The position numbers were made by a program, and so were the translations under genes. Positions 9,223 to 20,100 of a stretch of DNA of 64,000 nucleotides are shown piece after piece (positions within the stretch are counted from its first letter, which is position 1; each line of letters opens with the position of its first letter). Source of the stretch: Promethearchaeota archaeon. GTDB lineage: Archaea > Asgardarchaeota > Hermodarchaeia > Hermodarchaeales > Hermodarchaeaceae. A model generated the notes under the pieces. The model did not search any database. It was given only the letters and a program-made list of their open reading frames with translations, and was not told the DNA's origin. The stretch lies in contig JBHLPR010000003.1 in the NCBI GenBank assembly GCA_048939245.1, forward strand, positions 14,266 to 78,265, read 5' to 3'.

Positions 9223-9594
9223 GTGTCGAAGAATCGAGGAAAAGATGCATATGACTTACTTATGTCCCTTCTTTCTCTAAGTGAGATTCAAAGGCGAATT
9301 CTCATTTCTCTCGCCCATATCTACCCACGTGCAGCCTCAGGTAAGCAGCTCATCACTTTGATTGGATATAGTGGAAAAGCGAAATCCTTGTATCGTGGTC
9401 CCCTTGAACGTCTCGAAAAAGAAGAGCTAATTCTTGTTGATCGATTGACTCCACGTCTTCACTCAATTCGAGTAAACCATCTGCATCCTCTAATATCGTA
9501 TCTACTCGAACTCATTGAAGCTCATGGAAAGAAAACGATGGAACTTTACACAAAAGCTCTCGAGGAGGGAACATCTGTTGACCGAGAAGAATGA
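9223..9594 (+). CDS. putative winged-helix regulator (MarR/TrmB-like)
   Basis: 123 aa: RRILISLAHIYPRAASGKQLITLIGYSGKAKSLYRGPLERLEKEELI resembles a wHTH. Confidence 0.4.
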   Translation: MSKNRGKDAYDLLMSLLSLSEIQRRILISLAHIYPRAASGKQLITLIGYSGKAKSLYRGPLERLEKEELILVDRLTPRLHSIRVNHLHPLISYLLELIEAHGKKTMELYTKALEEGTSVDREE

Positions 9595-10195
9595 GCAAGT
9601 GCTTACAAGCATGGTTAGGGAACAATACATCATGGAATGGGGATTATTAGGCGTTCTTTGGACAGTGAGCATTATCTGTTCCTATATTCTTGTAATTAAT
9701 CTGCTGCTTCTGCCTTCATTAGGTCCTCCTTGGACTCCCACCCCAGAGCAAACTTGGTGGCAGTGGTTACTTCTAGCTTTTCAACACCAGTATATTTGGC
9801 CTGCTGGGTTAGCAACAACCCTCGCTTTGGTTTTGACAATTAGTGTGACTATTTATTTCGCCTTTTGGATCCCGTCACGGGTTGATAAGACAATTCAAAT
9901 CGAGTTACACCGAATAGGACCAACAACCAAACTAAGACTTCACAGACAATATGTAACAAAAATCAATTCAAAGGGGCTTCTTGTTACTAGGTTGCTGGCA
10001 AAAACGACGAGTTCAGGAGAATATGGGCTAGTTGTGCTAAGGGCTTCATTTCCGAATGTGTCATATGATGAGATAGAATCTGTAGCACAACGGAATTTCT
10101 TAGCCTGGGATAAAAATTCAATCGCGACCGTTTCTTCTGTCGATGAACTTCACTTCAAAATTACTCAACTTGCCCGTGCATTCGCTGAGCTATGA
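9515..10195 (+). CDS. membrane protein (3-4 predicted TM helices); true start probably near 9611
   Basis: Hydrophobic stretches WGLLGVLWTVSIICSYILVINLLLL and LATTLALVLTISVTIYFAFWI. The annotated start overlaps the upstream gene by 80 bp in another frame. Confidence 0.4.
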   Translation: MKLMERKRWNFTQKLSRREHLLTEKNEQVLTSMVREQYIMEWGLLGVLWTVSIICSYILVINLLLLPSLGPPWTPTPEQTWWQWLLLAFQHQYIWPAGLATTLALVLTISVTIYFAFWIPSRVDKTIQIELHRIGPTTKLRLHRQYVTKINSKGLLVTRLLAKTTSSGEYGLVVLRASFPNVSYDEIESVAQRNFLAWDKNSIATVSSVDELHFKITQLARAFAEL

Positions 10196-10207
10196 AACTA
10201 GTATTAA

Positions 10208-11866
10208 TTATCGGATAAGTTCGGTTACGGTTCCAATACATCGTGTATTGGCTTCTCGAGTTACAATCCGATCACCGATACGAAGCATCTCAGGTCCTTT
10301 TTTAAAGACCATGCGGACTCTAGCTACATCACCGACAACTAGATACTCTTTATCAAAGATTTTTTCGTAGATAACCGGTTGTTGGATAGTGGAACTATGG
10401 AAGACCGGTTCGTAGCCTGTTCGGATTCGTGTAGGGTGTCGTGTTACGATGATGGTAGAATCGAATGCTTGAATTGCTTTAACATCCGCATCTTTGTCGC
10501 ATATGATTTGCCCACGACGGATTTTTTCTGGGGTAAGGCGTTTGAGATCAAAGCCAAATACATCTCCCGCTTTTACACGTTCAACTCGTTTTTTGAATAC
10601 TTCAATTGAGCCGATTCTCCCTTTCATGAATCGTCCTTCGTTATCAGGACCACATAAAATTGGTTGACCTGGTTTGAAGATTCCTTCTTGCACTGTACCT
10701 GTAATCACCACATTGGTTCCTCGTATTCCTCGATAGACCTTATCGATGTAAGCAAAGGCTGGTCTTTCGATACGTTCATTGGGGATTCGGGAGGGCAGAT
10801 CAACGAGGGTTTTTCGAAGCAGCTCTAATCCATCACCCGTCACACAACTAACTTCAAAAACAGGGACAATTACTTTGTGAGCGATTTCCCGAAAGATGAT
10901 GGAGATATCATCTTCCGATGTGACCCGGAGCGGTACATGCCCAATTTCTTTGATGGTTTCGAATACGAGATTGCGAACATGATTTCGTGTGGATTCATCG
11001 CAATCATCGATTTTGTTTATTACAACTAGGAAAGGCAGCTCTTGGTTTGAAACTAATAATAGGTGCTCTCGAGTGATATCATCTAAACGGAGTATCCCAC
11101 TTCGTTGTTCTTCAGCAATTGCTAGTTTATATTCGTCGAGGGAGGGAACGAGAACCATACTGTATTGTGCTGAAGCACCTAGTACGCTTCTAATCATGGT
11201 TTTGGCATATTCTTTGTGGCCAGGGGCGTCAAAGATTGTTATTATTCGGTGAGCTTGATCTAGAATCCGGGCACGTTTTGACTTGTCCAATGGTGCTTGC
11301 ATAGCGATGAATTTACCTTCTTTGTCTATCGCGGCAAACGTAACATGAAGATCCGCTGTTTGCCCTCTCTTCAATTCTTGGGGATACGTTAGGAGTACTG
11401 CTCTGGCATACCCACTTCCATCATCGAGTTTACCTTGGATCAGAACACCAGCTAGGGTTGTTTTTCCACTGTTTACCCGTCCAACTAAGTTTATACCCAA
11501 TGTTTCGGGAACCATCGGAGTAATAACTCGGGCTAAGGTGAAACTTGTGACAATTCCTTGCTCGGTATTGTAATGTGTTTCTTCTAGAATCTCAATTCCC
11601 GCTTCCTTACATAGAGTTTTGAGGACGGATTTACTGATTTCTACTTCATCGTTTGTGAGTCCATATACTTCCCATTTCTTTCCGTGAAGATCTTCGATTC
11701 CCACGACGAATTGTCCTAGCCCCTCGCTAGTAATTAATTTTAATTGGGCAATCAGTTTTGCCCCACGATCTCCAGCCTTGTCTTTATCAGTTAGTGAACG
11801 TTTAAACTCAGTATTTCGTGTTTCTCCATTCTTTAGAAGTTGTTCGAGATTAAAATCCGATGTCAC
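10208..11866 (-). CDS. EF-Tu-like translational GTPase of the GTPBP1 family
   Basis: 552 aa. G1 GRVNSGKTTL, G3 DAPGH, G4 NKID. N-terminal extension of about 110 aa and C-terminal beta-barrel domains, as in GTPBP1-family proteins. Confidence 0.6.
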   Translation of the reverse strand: MTSDFNLEQLLKNGETRNTEFKRSLTDKDKAGDRGAKLIAQLKLITSEGLGQFVVGIEDLHGKKWEVYGLTNDEVEISKSVLKTLCKEAGIEILEETHYNTEQGIVTSFTLARVITPMVPETLGINLVGRVNSGKTTLAGVLIQGKLDDGSGYARAVLLTYPQELKRGQTADLHVTFAAIDKEGKFIAMQAPLDKSKRARILDQAHRIITIFDAPGHKEYAKTMIRSVLGASAQYSMVLVPSLDEYKLAIAEEQRSGILRLDDITREHLLLVSNQELPFLVVINKIDDCDESTRNHVRNLVFETIKEIGHVPLRVTSEDDISIIFREIAHKVIVPVFEVSCVTGDGLELLRKTLVDLPSRIPNERIERPAFAYIDKVYRGIRGTNVVITGTVQEGIFKPGQPILCGPDNEGRFMKGRIGSIEVFKKRVERVKAGDVFGFDLKRLTPEKIRRGQIICDKDADVKAIQAFDSTIIVTRHPTRIRTGYEPVFHSSTIQQPVIYEKIFDKEYLVVGDVARVRMVFKKGPEMLRIGDRIVTREANTRCIGTVTELIR

Positions 11867-11944
11867 TCCGCTTCCTCACATAGTATATTTTCGTAATGAA
11901 AATAAATTGGGTGTCTGCATATCAGCCTTTTGTTTGCGTTCCAA

Positions 11945-12628
11945 CTAGTCGTCCATCAGCTTCTGTTCTCGAAGATAGGATATAATCGGAGTCAATGTTG
12001 AAAAAATTGCGATTGCCCCCTCAGCTCTAAGTTCTTTCTCGGTACGAAGTTTTGAACGCCGTGCAATACAGCGTATTCCTAGCTTATTTGCAGTCATGAT
12101 ATCGATGGTAGAATCACCAATGAATATTGTTTGTTCAGCAGGAATATCAAAATGGTTAAGAATTAATTCTAGCCCCGCAGTAGCTGGTTTCATGTGGGGC
12201 GCCTCTTCACGGGTAATTAATAAATCAACATATTCCATCAATCCAAATTTTTCCAAGAGATATTTGGCAACGGCTTTGTTGTCATTGGTTAAGATCGCAA
12301 TATTGACTTGATACTGTTGTAGGGCTTTGAGAATCTCCTTGGCACCAGAAACTAACTGGGCTTTTTTTGCTCCTTCCCATTCGAATTTCACCGCCTCTAA
12401 ATAGACCTCATCACGTAGTTTGCTTATCTCAATTGGAGTAAACCCTTTTTCACCCGCGTAGGCAAAAGCACTGCGGAGCAAGTCCTGCGTACTGTTCATT
12501 GGAAGAACGTGTGTCGGAAATTCATGTTCAATGAGTAGATCTCGAATAGCTTGTCGCATAGCCTGAAAATCAATCTCTGCCGTAACTAGAGTGCCATCTA
12601 AATCAAATACGACAAGCTCGATTGCCAT
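11945..12628 (-). CDS. HAD-superfamily hydrolase (phosphatase)
   Basis: VVFDLDGTLV motif I, a second motif around ILTND, a late GDS..D motif. Confidence 0.75.
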   Translation of the reverse strand: MAIELVVFDLDGTLVTAEIDFQAMRQAIRDLLIEHEFPTHVLPMNSTQDLLRSAFAYAGEKGFTPIEISKLRDEVYLEAVKFEWEGAKKAQLVSGAKEILKALQQYQVNIAILTNDNKAVAKYLLEKFGLMEYVDLLITREEAPHMKPATAGLELILNHFDIPAEQTIFIGDSTIDIMTANKLGIRCIARRSKLRTEKELRAEGAIAIFSTLTPIISYLREQKLMDD

Positions 12629-12669
12629 AAGAGCATTACTCCACTCTTTTGATTTGAATGTGGGCTCTG

Positions 12670-13758
12670 CTAAAGGTCTGTGAAACTTTTAACAGTCTTT
12701 GAATCCAAGCCTTTCACTACTTCTACGAGCAAATCAATGGTTTGCTCAACGTCGTTTAGGTTTAGAATACCAACGTGGCTGTGGATGTGGCGTGTTGGCA
12801 CACCAATAACCAAGCTGGGGCATCCCACTCGATCTAGGTGAATGACACCCGCATCTGTTCCGCCACCATACATTTGAGATAATTGGTAAGGTATTTTGGC
12901 TTTCTTCGCAGTTTTTATTACGAAGTCGAGTAAGGGTTGGTTGGGAATCATTGATCGATCCATGGTGCAAAATGCTGGTCCCTTGCCCAATTTTGTAGCA
13001 GCTTGTTCGGGTTTGATTCCAGGCATGTCGCCGGCGAGGTCAACTTCTAGAGCGAAACCAACATCTGGTTCAATGAGATGTGCAGTTGTCCGTGCGCCTC
13101 GTAGACCAACTTCTTCTTGTACTGTGGCCGCTCCAATTACGGTATTCGGATGGCTAATCGATTCTTTCTTCAGTTGATAAACAACCTCCATAGCGATGAA
13201 TGCTCCAAGACGGTCATCGAAAGCCTTTGCAGCAGCTAATTTCCCATCCCGAATCAATTGGAAAGATGAATCAGGAATTATGGGATCTCCGATTTGAATT
13301 CCCATTTCTTTGATGTCGTCTTCAGATGATGCCCCTACGTCGAGGAACATTTGATCGAGTTCTACGAGCTTCTTTCGTTCGTCTGGTTTTAGAATGTGGG
13401 GAGGCTTGGCTCCAAAAACGCCGAAATATTGCTCATTTTTACGCGTTTTGATAATTACCCTTTGGGCGAGAACAACCTGGCTCCACCATCCACCCAAAGG
13501 ATTTACTTTGAGAAATCCATCTTTGGTGATTCCTGAGACGATGAATCCTACCTCATCAACGTGGCCTGCAAAAAGTATTCGCGGTGTTTTCGCTGTTCCT
13601 TTTTTGATGAACTGAACACTTCCGAGTTTGTCAATGGTGATTTCATCGGCAATTGGACGCATTGTCTTAGCAACGATGGCAGAGGCTTCTCGTTCGAAAC
13701 CACTTGGTCCAAATGCATCTACCAGGGTTTGTAATAGTTTTATCCGTCTTTTATTCAT
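12670..13758 (-). CDS. M42-family metallo-aminopeptidase (TET/FrvX-like)
   Basis: 362 aa: GHVDEVGFIV..., central PDZ-like insert, DDRLG, C-terminal HS.. metal ligands. Typical M42 architecture. Confidence 0.8.
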   Translation of the reverse strand: MNKRRIKLLQTLVDAFGPSGFEREASAIVAKTMRPIADEITIDKLGSVQFIKKGTAKTPRILFAGHVDEVGFIVSGITKDGFLKVNPLGGWWSQVVLAQRVIIKTRKNEQYFGVFGAKPPHILKPDERKKLVELDQMFLDVGASSEDDIKEMGIQIGDPIIPDSSFQLIRDGKLAAAKAFDDRLGAFIAMEVVYQLKKESISHPNTVIGAATVQEEVGLRGARTTAHLIEPDVGFALEVDLAGDMPGIKPEQAATKLGKGPAFCTMDRSMIPNQPLLDFVIKTAKKAKIPYQLSQMYGGGTDAGVIHLDRVGCPSLVIGVPTRHIHSHVGILNLNDVEQTIDLLVEVVKGLDSKTVKSFTDL

Positions 13759-13905
13759 GAGATGGCACCTAACACGAATTCATCTCATTAGTTAGATAAG
13801 CTTTTTTCAGGCTGCAGAACTTTATCAAGAACCGGGTCTTTTTCTAGGAAGAAACAAGTTTATCCTTCATGAGGGGACAATTCAGGTGTAACGGAGTGTT
13901 CAAAG

Positions 13906-14727
13906 ATGACTTTGAAAGTTGAGGAGCTCGCTAAACTAATTGATCATACACGACTCAAACCGGAGACAAAACAAGCTAAGATTTCGGAACTCTGCGAAGA
14001 AGCAATAGCTTACGATTTCGCATCAGTATGCATCAACCCCGTGCATGTGAAGTATGCCGCGGAGTTATTACAAGACTCTTCAGTAGCAGTTTGTGCTGTT
14101 GTGGGATTTCCCTTAGGTGCCACATTTTCGAAAGCCAAAGCATTTGAGGCAAAGGAAGCGCTTGATAAAGGCGCTTCCGAGCTTGATATGGTAATTAACA
14201 TCGGAGCGCTTAAAGACAAACACTATGACTTGGTTCAATCGGATATCGAAGCCGTTGTAAGTGTAGCTGATGGAGCAATAGTGAAAGTCATTCTTGAAAC
14301 GGGCTTCCTCATCGATGATGAAAAACGGCAAGCCTGTCTTCTTTGTAAAGATGCTGGGGCAGATTTTGTGAAAACATCTACTGGATTTGGGCCAATGGGC
14401 GCTACACCATATGATGTGAAGTTAATGCGAGAAACTGTAGGTAACAAAATGGGTGTAAAAGCAGCGGGAGGCATTCGAACCTTCAAGGATGCGTTACGCA
14501 TGGTTGATGCAGGCGCAAACCGTCTGGGCACCAGTTCTGGTGTAGCCATAATAGAGGGCTTTCGTTGGGCAGGTTATAGTGATACATTTCTTGAACCTGA
14601 CAAACCATGTTGGACTTGCCCAAGTCGACAAGCGAGTCTGGCCAAACAACCCAAGGAAGTGTATCTCTGGTATAAACAAAGATGTGTCACATGTCCGCAT
14701 CGTGATCAAAACGTTTTCAATGATTAG
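13906..14727 (+). CDS. deoC: deoxyribose-phosphate aldolase with a C-terminal CxxC...CxxC extension
   Basis: [11 protein letters not shown], ...[11 protein letters not shown]... (Schiff-base lysine region), [10 protein letters not shown]. The last roughly 50 aa carry CWTCP...CVTCPH. Confidence 0.85.
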   Translation: MTLKVEELAKLIDHTRLKPETKQAKISELCEEAIAYDFASVCINPVHVKYAAELLQDSSVAVCAVVGFPLGATFSKAKAFEAKEALDKGASELDMVINIGALKDKHYDLVQSDIEAVVSVADGAIVKVILETGFLIDDEKRQACLLCKDAGADFVKTSTGFGPMGATPYDVKLMRETVGNKMGVKAAGGIRTFKDALRMVDAGANRLGTSSGVAIIEGFRWAGYSDTFLEPDKPCWTCPSRQASLAKQPKEVYLWYKQRCVTCPHRDQNVFND

Positions 14728-14738
14728 GAGGCTTTCAG

Positions 14739-16526
14739 ATGGCAAACAAATCAAGTCAAGCATATGCTAACACGAAACTGCTTTGGGTTTCACTCACCAA
14801 ACAAACCACTCAAGAAAAAACCCTTTCGCAGCCTCTTTTCACCCAATTCTTGGGGGGTCGTGGACTTGGAGTTAAAATCGTCTATGATCACGTTACTCCT
14901 GATATCGCACCTCTCGCTCCAGAGAATCTTTTGATATTTGCGATTGGTCCTCTGACGGCGACTGCTGCACCTACTGGAGGACGATTTGCAGTGGTTACAA
15001 AGTCTCCGTTAACTGGAACAATGTTTGATTCGAATTGCGGGGGGCATTTTGGTCCCCAGCTACGTAAAGCGGGATATGCGGGATTAGTCTTAGAGGGGCG
15101 GGCTCAATCACCCACCTATTTATGGATTAATAACGAAACTGTTGAGTTTCGATCAGCTAAAGATATATGGGGTCAGGAGGTCAGTCCCTCCACCGATTAC
15201 CTACTTGATGAAACCGATCAAAAAGCTCAAGTTGCATGCATTGGACCAGCTGGAGAGAACCAAGTCAGGTTAGCTGCCATCATTAATGATAAACATCGTG
15301 CAGCTGGTCGGGGTGGCGTTGGCGCTGTAATGGGTTCCAAGAATTTGAAGGCACTTGTTATTCGTGGTACAAACCAAGTTTCAATTACAAATCCTGAACA
15401 GCTTGATCTGGTTGTAAATCGTTTACGGCGGCTTATCAAGAAGGATTCCGTCACGAACAAATCCCTCCCCGTTTATGGAACTGCGGTCTTGGTCAATCTA
15501 ATAAACGAATATGGAATGCTACCAACATACAACTTTCAGGAGGGCACCTTCAATGATGCTGAGGGGGTTTCAGGGGAAAAACTGTTAGAACGGTTCTTTG
15601 TTAAGAGGTATCATTGTTTTGGTTGCCCAATAGGTTGCGGTCGAATCACTGAAGTTCGTGGTGAAACAATTGGTGGTCCTGAATATGAAACAATTTGGGC
15701 ATTAGGGCCTGAATGTGGTATCAACGATCTTGAATGGATTACAACCGCCAATCATCGATGCAATGAGCTTGGGATGGACACCATCTCAGTGGGAAGCACA
15801 ATTGGTTGTGCAATGGAACTTGCTAAGACTGGTAACCTTAAAGCTGAATTAAAATTCGGTAAAACGAAGGGATTACTTGAACTCGTTGAGGATACTGCTT
15901 ATGCTCGGGGTTTGGGGGCAGAAATTGGACAAGGATCTAAAATTTTAGCTACAAGATACAACGCTCCGGATTTAGCTATGCAAGTGAAAGGGCTAGAACT
16001 TCCGGCTTATGATCCAAGAGGAGTTCAAGGACACGCATTGGCCTATGCTACTTCTAATCGTGGCGGCTGCCATCTACGGGCATACTTAATTGGCCCAGAA
16101 ATTCTCGGGTCTCCTGTTCTTGTTGATCGCGACCGAATTGATGGGAAAGCTGAACTCGTTATTCTATTTCAGAATCTATCGGCAGCTATGGATTCCTTAG
16201 TCCTTTGCCGATTTACCACCTTTGCCTTCAGCGTCGAAGACTATGCAGACTTAATTAGTGCAGCCACCTCCTTGACGGTGACCGGAAAAGACTTTCTCCA
16301 AATTGGGGAAAGGATTTGGAACTTGGAACGGTTGTTTAATCTCCGTGAAGGATTTACTGCTGAAGATGACTGCCTCCCTCCACGATTTTCCAGTCCATTA
16401 CCTGAGGGAGGTTCTCGAAACCGGATAGCTCATTTAGACAAAATGCTTCCTAAATACTATAAACTTCGAGGCTGGGACACTAAAGGGCAACCAGAAAAAT
16501 CGCGTCTAAACCAGCTTGAGCTCTAG
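14739..16526 (+). CDS. aor: tungsten-containing aldehyde:ferredoxin oxidoreductase (AOR family)
   Basis: 595 aa. AOR N-domain, 4Fe-4S cysteine motif CFGCPIGCGR, pterin-binding domain motifs. GGAGG RBS 8 nt upstream. 11-bp gap after deoC. Confidence 0.85.
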   Translation: MANKSSQAYANTKLLWVSLTKQTTQEKTLSQPLFTQFLGGRGLGVKIVYDHVTPDIAPLAPENLLIFAIGPLTATAAPTGGRFAVVTKSPLTGTMFDSNCGGHFGPQLRKAGYAGLVLEGRAQSPTYLWINNETVEFRSAKDIWGQEVSPSTDYLLDETDQKAQVACIGPAGENQVRLAAIINDKHRAAGRGGVGAVMGSKNLKALVIRGTNQVSITNPEQLDLVVNRLRRLIKKDSVTNKSLPVYGTAVLVNLINEYGMLPTYNFQEGTFNDAEGVSGEKLLERFFVKRYHCFGCPIGCGRITEVRGETIGGPEYETIWALGPECGINDLEWITTANHRCNELGMDTISVGSTIGCAMELAKTGNLKAELKFGKTKGLLELVEDTAYARGLGAEIGQGSKILATRYNAPDLAMQVKGLELPAYDPRGVQGHALAYATSNRGGCHLRAYLIGPEILGSPVLVDRDRIDGKAELVILFQNLSAAMDSLVLCRFTTFAFSVEDYADLISAATSLTVTGKDFLQIGERIWNLERLFNLREGFTAEDDCLPPRFSSPLPEGGSRNRIAHLDKMLPKYYKLRGWDTKGQPEKSRLNQLEL

Positions 16527-16555
16527 AACCATATGGTGCATTTAGAGGTAATTGA

Positions 16556-17176
16556 ATGGTAAATCCTACAAATTCTACGGTTTCTATCCTGTTTGCTCGA
16601 ATTCTTTCTAATCTTCTATCTCCGCCTATTATTGCACTTGGTGCGGTTTTGGTCCTTGCGTTTTATTCTCCCATCGGAACTGGTATTATCTTTCCTTGGC
16701 ATTCGTTTCTCATCGGACTCATTTTCGTCGTCATTGGTCCCGTCGTTCCTCTCTCTTTCATGGTGGCGTGGGGCAGAATTACTTTCGATGTCAAAAATCG
16801 CCGTGATCGTCCTCTCCTTTATCTTGCTGCCATTATTGTCTACATTACGGGAGCGATGGTTGCATGGTTTTATCAGAATCATACCATGGCTGTTATTGCG
16901 GTTGCATATGCCGCTGTTACCTCAGCAATAACCTTGGTAAGCCTTTTTTGGAAAGTTTCCGCACACGCGGCAGGAGTTACGGGACCAATCACCAGCTTAA
17001 TTTGGGTGTACGGTTTTATTCTGATTCCCTTCATGCTTTTGGCTGGAATCGTAGCTTGGGCACGATGGAAACTAAAACTCCATACTCCTTTACAGTTACT
17101 TAGCGGCATTCTCATCGCAATAGTGGTTACTGCGTGTGTTTATCTGATTTTCTGGGGTTTTCCAGTTGCTCTTTAG
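16556..17176 (+). CDS. polytopic membrane protein (about 6 TM helices), function unknown
   Basis: Highly hydrophobic 206 aa. Internal overlapping ORFs 16593-16931 and 16616-16882 are presumed spurious. Confidence 0.4.
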   Translation: MVNPTNSTVSILFARILSNLLSPPIIALGAVLVLAFYSPIGTGIIFPWHSFLIGLIFVVIGPVVPLSFMVAWGRITFDVKNRRDRPLLYLAAIIVYITGAMVAWFYQNHTMAVIAVAYAAVTSAITLVSLFWKVSAHAAGVTGPITSLIWVYGFILIPFMLLAGIVAWARWKLKLHTPLQLLSGILIAIVVTACVYLIFWGFPVAL

Positions 17177-17188
17177 ATTCTGAGCAGT

Positions 17189-20100
17189 TTAAGCAATCTC
17201 TATGTTCATAGTAATTGTATCTGGCAATCTGTTGGTTAAGTTCAGCTCATAGATTAGAATTCCTTTTGCTTCTCGATGTTCTGCAACAACAGGCAATCGA
17301 GGCAATTCAACCTGTGCTCCCGGAATTTGAATCATCACAGCTTCAGGGTCTTGTGAAAGTGCGTCGACTCCTAAAATTTGTAGTGTTACTGTTGCAGCCA
17401 AATCCTCAGTAGTGATTAACCAGAATCCAATAGACACATTGTTTTCACTAGGCTTTTGGAGTGTGAGCCAACTTTGAATTTTATCGCCTTTGTAGGTGCT
17501 GCATAAAATTGGGGTTATTTCGTACCAAATAAGATCAGTAGGTTTTGTTGATGGACGAAGATTAGAGAAAGTGCGCGTTTTCATCTGTATTTGTCCGTCA
17601 ATGGAGATTTCGGGTTCAATTTGGAGGCTGATTCGAAACTGTTCATCAGCTAGAGTAAAACTTGTTTCAGCGTCCTCGAGTCGAAAACCAGAATCGAGGA
17701 TAGACTCGTCACCCAGTTGGAAAGCCCATTGCCGTTCTAATTGTGTCGCTAACTGGGCTTGTTCTTTCGAACCGATTTGACTTGCCTCACGAAGTAGTTC
17801 GGTTAATTGTCGTCGAACCGAATCAAGCTTGTCTTTGCCTTGAGCTAGACTTGTAAATGTCAAAGGAACTTGGGTGTTCAATATCCTTGAAGCTTGTAAC
17901 CGAGTAGCGGCTTCAGTTACGTCGATACTTTCTAAGGCTTCGATTCCCTCTTGATAGACTAGATCCCATTCTTTGAAAATAAGAATTTGTGTGGATAGCG
18001 TCGGATTTGTTCTTAGGCGTGTCTGCATTAATTGGTTGTATTGAGATAATGCCGCTTCGATTGTGATGGGGTTCTCTTCCTTTGCTGCTGCTTTGAGTGC
18101 TTTTTCAATTTGGGTTGTTGCTCTTCGTAATAGGCGGTGTTGGGCACCTGCAGATGTTGACAGAGTTGCCAGTTTTGCTGTGGCGCTTCCTGCGGCACTT
18201 AAAGCCAGAATTTCATTGTGTGTATCACCTTGGGCTGCAGCAGCTTTCGCTAGTGTCTGAGCAAGGTTTTCGCTTTTTGTCAATAGGGTTTCCCATTGTG
18301 AATCTTCTGCTGGGTGTTCATCATGAACTAGGGCGTTGATATTTCGCAGTAATAGGAATGCAAAGGGATACGTTGTTTTCGTTATCTTGTCAACGGCAGG
18401 CATAAACGTGAGGGTCTGCTCCACAAACTCTTGTGCGTCTTTTTTCAATTTATATGCGTCTTGAACATCAGTTACCTTTGATATACGCTGGAGAAGAATC
18501 CAAATTAGAAGCGATCCAGCTTTCAAAGCCTTTGCTTGATGTCGTCCTTTTACCTGTGCCACCATTGCCGTGGTTGCATAATCTTCCAATTTATCCAGAT
18601 CCTTTGTGGGAAAGGATGCACTAATTTTTCCTGAGGAATCTGGCGTTACAGTTGAAATTAAGAGCTGCAAGGCTAATTGTGCACGTATTTTGGGGTCTTT
18701 GGTTTGAAAATAGAGGTGTTCGTTAAGTTGATTACTTCGTTCCATCAGCAGGTGTGCTGACTCACTTATGGTTGCAACTGGTCTCTGTGAGAGTTGTTGG
18801 GTTATCTTCGATACAACCTCAAGATCTTGGTCGTTGATTTTGGTCGATGGGGAAATCTCTGGAATCAATTGAGTTGCGTATTTCGCTGCCGTGCTTAGAA
18901 GGCTATCCTTCTCTGCGTCAGGGGCCGCTTCAGTAAGGCGGAGTATGGCTTTTATCAATTCACGGTGAATTGCCAGGGAAGCTTCAGGTTCCGTATTAAG
19001 TTGTTGCAATTGATTAAGTGCGATTTGTTGGAATTTCACATGTAATTTTGCCAACACATAACGAGCTTCAGAGGCTTCAATTTTTGGCATTAATCTGGCG
19101 AGAAGTCTGTCCAGCTGCTTTGACATGCGAAGAATGAGATTTTGGTCTATGGGACGATCCAATAAGGGTATTGTGCTGATGAGTGTTTTGAGTGTGCCCG
19201 TGGTCGCTTCTTCAAGGATTTCTGGTGAGTCTGAAGAAATCTCGCCAGTTAAGCGGAGAATATAGTCAAGCTGTTTGACAGCTCTGGCTATATCATCAAG
19301 TGCCCGATAATTGAATACCGCGGTGCGTGCAAATCGTAGACTTCGTAATAGATCATCTCCGAACGCTTTATCCGATTTTCCCTGTGCCATTTCAAACCAG
19401 AGTGTGCTTGCCCGTGTTGCCAATTTCGCGGTTGAGTAGGCATCTCGAAGTTCAATTGCTGCGTTCATTGCAGTCGTTAGATGCTTAAGCTGTGACTGAC
19501 GCAGTTTCTGGGTTGACATGGTTTGGTGTAGGCGATCTTTCAAATGCTGTTCGCTGATGTCCAAAACCTTCAGATCATCAATCGATTGAAGCGCTGTTAC
19601 GATGATCTTTCCTGTTTCTCTCCCTCTGTCCTCCATTATCTTATGAAGGGCTTTCCAATTTCTTGTGAGTTTACGTAATAGGGCAATTTGTTTTGTGGGG
19701 TCATCCTCTTGTGTGAATTCATTGATTGTGTCTTTGGCTTTGGCTGTCTGGTAGGCAAGAAGTGAGTTTCGCTGAAACTTTTCAGCAAATTCAATGATTT
19801 GCTCTAATTCCGCTTTCATTGTGGTTTCAGGAATAATGAGAAGGCGGTGTAATAGTATTTGTAAGACTGTTTCTATTGTTGAGGCATTCGTATCTTCTAG
19901 GGTTTCCAGAATCGTGGCTATTGCTGAAGCTTCAAGCGCAATTAACTCTTTTCGGAAATCTCCGTCTGGGACAATCCCTAAAAGCCAATGGCTTTTCCAT
20001 AGAAGTTCTACGGGTTCGACTTTGCGTTTAGCTGTGATATCTGCCAAAGTGCTTTCTAGGTGGTGTCGACCAAAATAGCGCGTTTCAAGGGCCTCATGAA

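Noticed and set aside
9515-9610. 80-bp overlap between the 9223-9594 regulator gene and the following membrane-protein ORF
   Set aside because: Most likely an over-extended start call. An internal Met at about 9611 removes the overlap.
16593-17115. Several overlapping 80-110-aa ORFs on both strands
   Set aside because: All lie within the hydrophobic 16556-17176 membrane-protein gene. Leu/Ser-rich shadow frames.
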